A stretch of DNA of 64,000 nt, taken from the NCBI GenBank assembly GCA_964016885.1, contig OZ024742.1, positions 169,322,001 to 169,386,000 of the forward strand, in the 5' to 3' direction. The notes under the pieces are model-generated. The model saw only the letters and a program-made list of their open reading frames with translations, made no database searches and was not told the origin of the DNA. The translations under genes were made by a program, and so were the position numbers. The DNA is from Eledone cirrhosa (Eukaryota). Of this stretch, positions 62,804 to 64,000 are shown one piece after another (position 1 is the first letter of the stretch; the number at the start of each line of letters is the position of its first letter).

Positions 62804-64000
62804 GTTGTGATGTCATTGGAGAGAAGTGTATCCGGAATGATAAAGGTGAGCTTGCCCTCACAAGTGCTGAGAAGAAAGATGCATGGAAGAGTCATTATGA
62901 TAGATTACTAAATGAGGAGAATGCATGGGAAGAAGAGACCCTACCCCAAGTAGACCCTATAGAGGGACCAGCAGTACAAGTCAGCGGCAGCGTAGTAAGT
63001 AAGGCAATCAAAGATATGAAGATGGGGAAGGCAACCGGTCCATCGGGTATAGCTGTCGAGATGCTGAAGGCATCTGGGTCTGTAGGTCACACTATAACCA
63101 CACGTATCGTTAACCAGGTAATACTAGAAGGGGCCATACCAAAAGATTGGTGCAGTAGCATCATTGTCAACTGCTACAAAGGTAAAGGCGCTGCACTAGA
63201 TAGAGGAAACTATAGAGGTATAAAGTTGATGGACCAGGTCATGAAAGTAACAGTAAGAGTTATAGCACAGCTGATTAGGGACCGGGTGAAAATAGACGAG
63301 ATGCAATTTGGGTTTGTACCAGGAAGAGGCACCACTGATGCCCTCTTCCTTGTGAGGCAATTACAGGAAAAGTACCTAGCTAAAAGTAAGCCACTCTACT
63401 TGGCATTTGTCGACCTTGAGAAAGCCTTTGACAGAGTTCCACGTGCTGTAATCTGGTGGGCTCTTAGAAAACTAAGAGTAGATGAATGGCTTGTGAAAGC
63501 GGTACAAGCCATGTATAGGGGAGCAGTCAGCAAAGTTAGGATTAGCAATGAGTATAGCGAGGAATTTAGCGTACAGGTTGGGGTCCACCAGGGCTCTGTT
63601 CTTAGCCCTCTCCTGTTCATCATAGTCCTGCAGGCAATAACGGAGGAGTTTAAGACCGGATGCCCATGGGAACTCCTGTATGCTGATGACCTCGCACTCA
63701 TAGCTGAATCTATGGTAGAACTAGAGAAGAAATTCCAAACCTGGAAGCCGGGACTAGAAAGAAAGGGTCTCAAAGTCAACATGACAAAGACTAAGGTCCT
63801 TGTAAGTAGACGAGAAAACAGAACCCAGATCCCTTCAGGGAAATGGCCTTGCTCAGTATGTAGGAAAGGTGTAGGTAGGAACTCCATTCTCTGCCCCAAA
63901 TGCAAACAATGGGTACACAAGAGATGTAGCGGGATCTCAGGAAGCTTAATTAAGAATGTAGGATTCACATGCAGCAGCTGTGCTGAGACAGCAAACAGCA
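62804..64000 (+). mobile_element. RTE LINE with an uninterrupted RT frame running off the window end
   Basis: My translation is open from CDVIGEKC through QFGF, DLEKAFD, QGSVLSP, YADD and a complete C4HC3 cluster (63850-63981). It is absent from the ORF track because no stop falls inside the window. Confidence 0.96.

Overview
AT-rich, microsatellite-laden eukaryotic DNA dominated by transposon debris. The mix of RTE LINEs with (GAT)n tails, tRNA-derived SINEs with (AAT)n tails and long compound microsatellites suggests an octopod cephalopod intron or intergenic region; this is inference. No intact host gene is recognisable, only a few short candidate exons. Contents: about 15 copies or fragments of one RTE family, remnants of other LINE, CRE-like and Penelope-like elements, a decayed mariner, hAT, piggyBac and TcMar MITEs, a probable Helitron and more than 25 SINE copies. 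Most notable: (1) a C4HC3 PHD-like finger embedded inside the RT region of the RTE family; (2) a CRE-like insertion with a 13-bp TSD and twin-priming 5' inversion geometry; (3) a 59-nt candidate exon in the loop of a 57-bp inverted repeat, itself nested between inverted SINEs; (4) a twin-hairpin tandem unit with compensatory changes in the RTE 3' UTR; (5) a palindromic double hammerhead-like motif; (6) a same-strand array of about 11 SINEs. Coordinates were read by eye and the ends of old elements are approximate.
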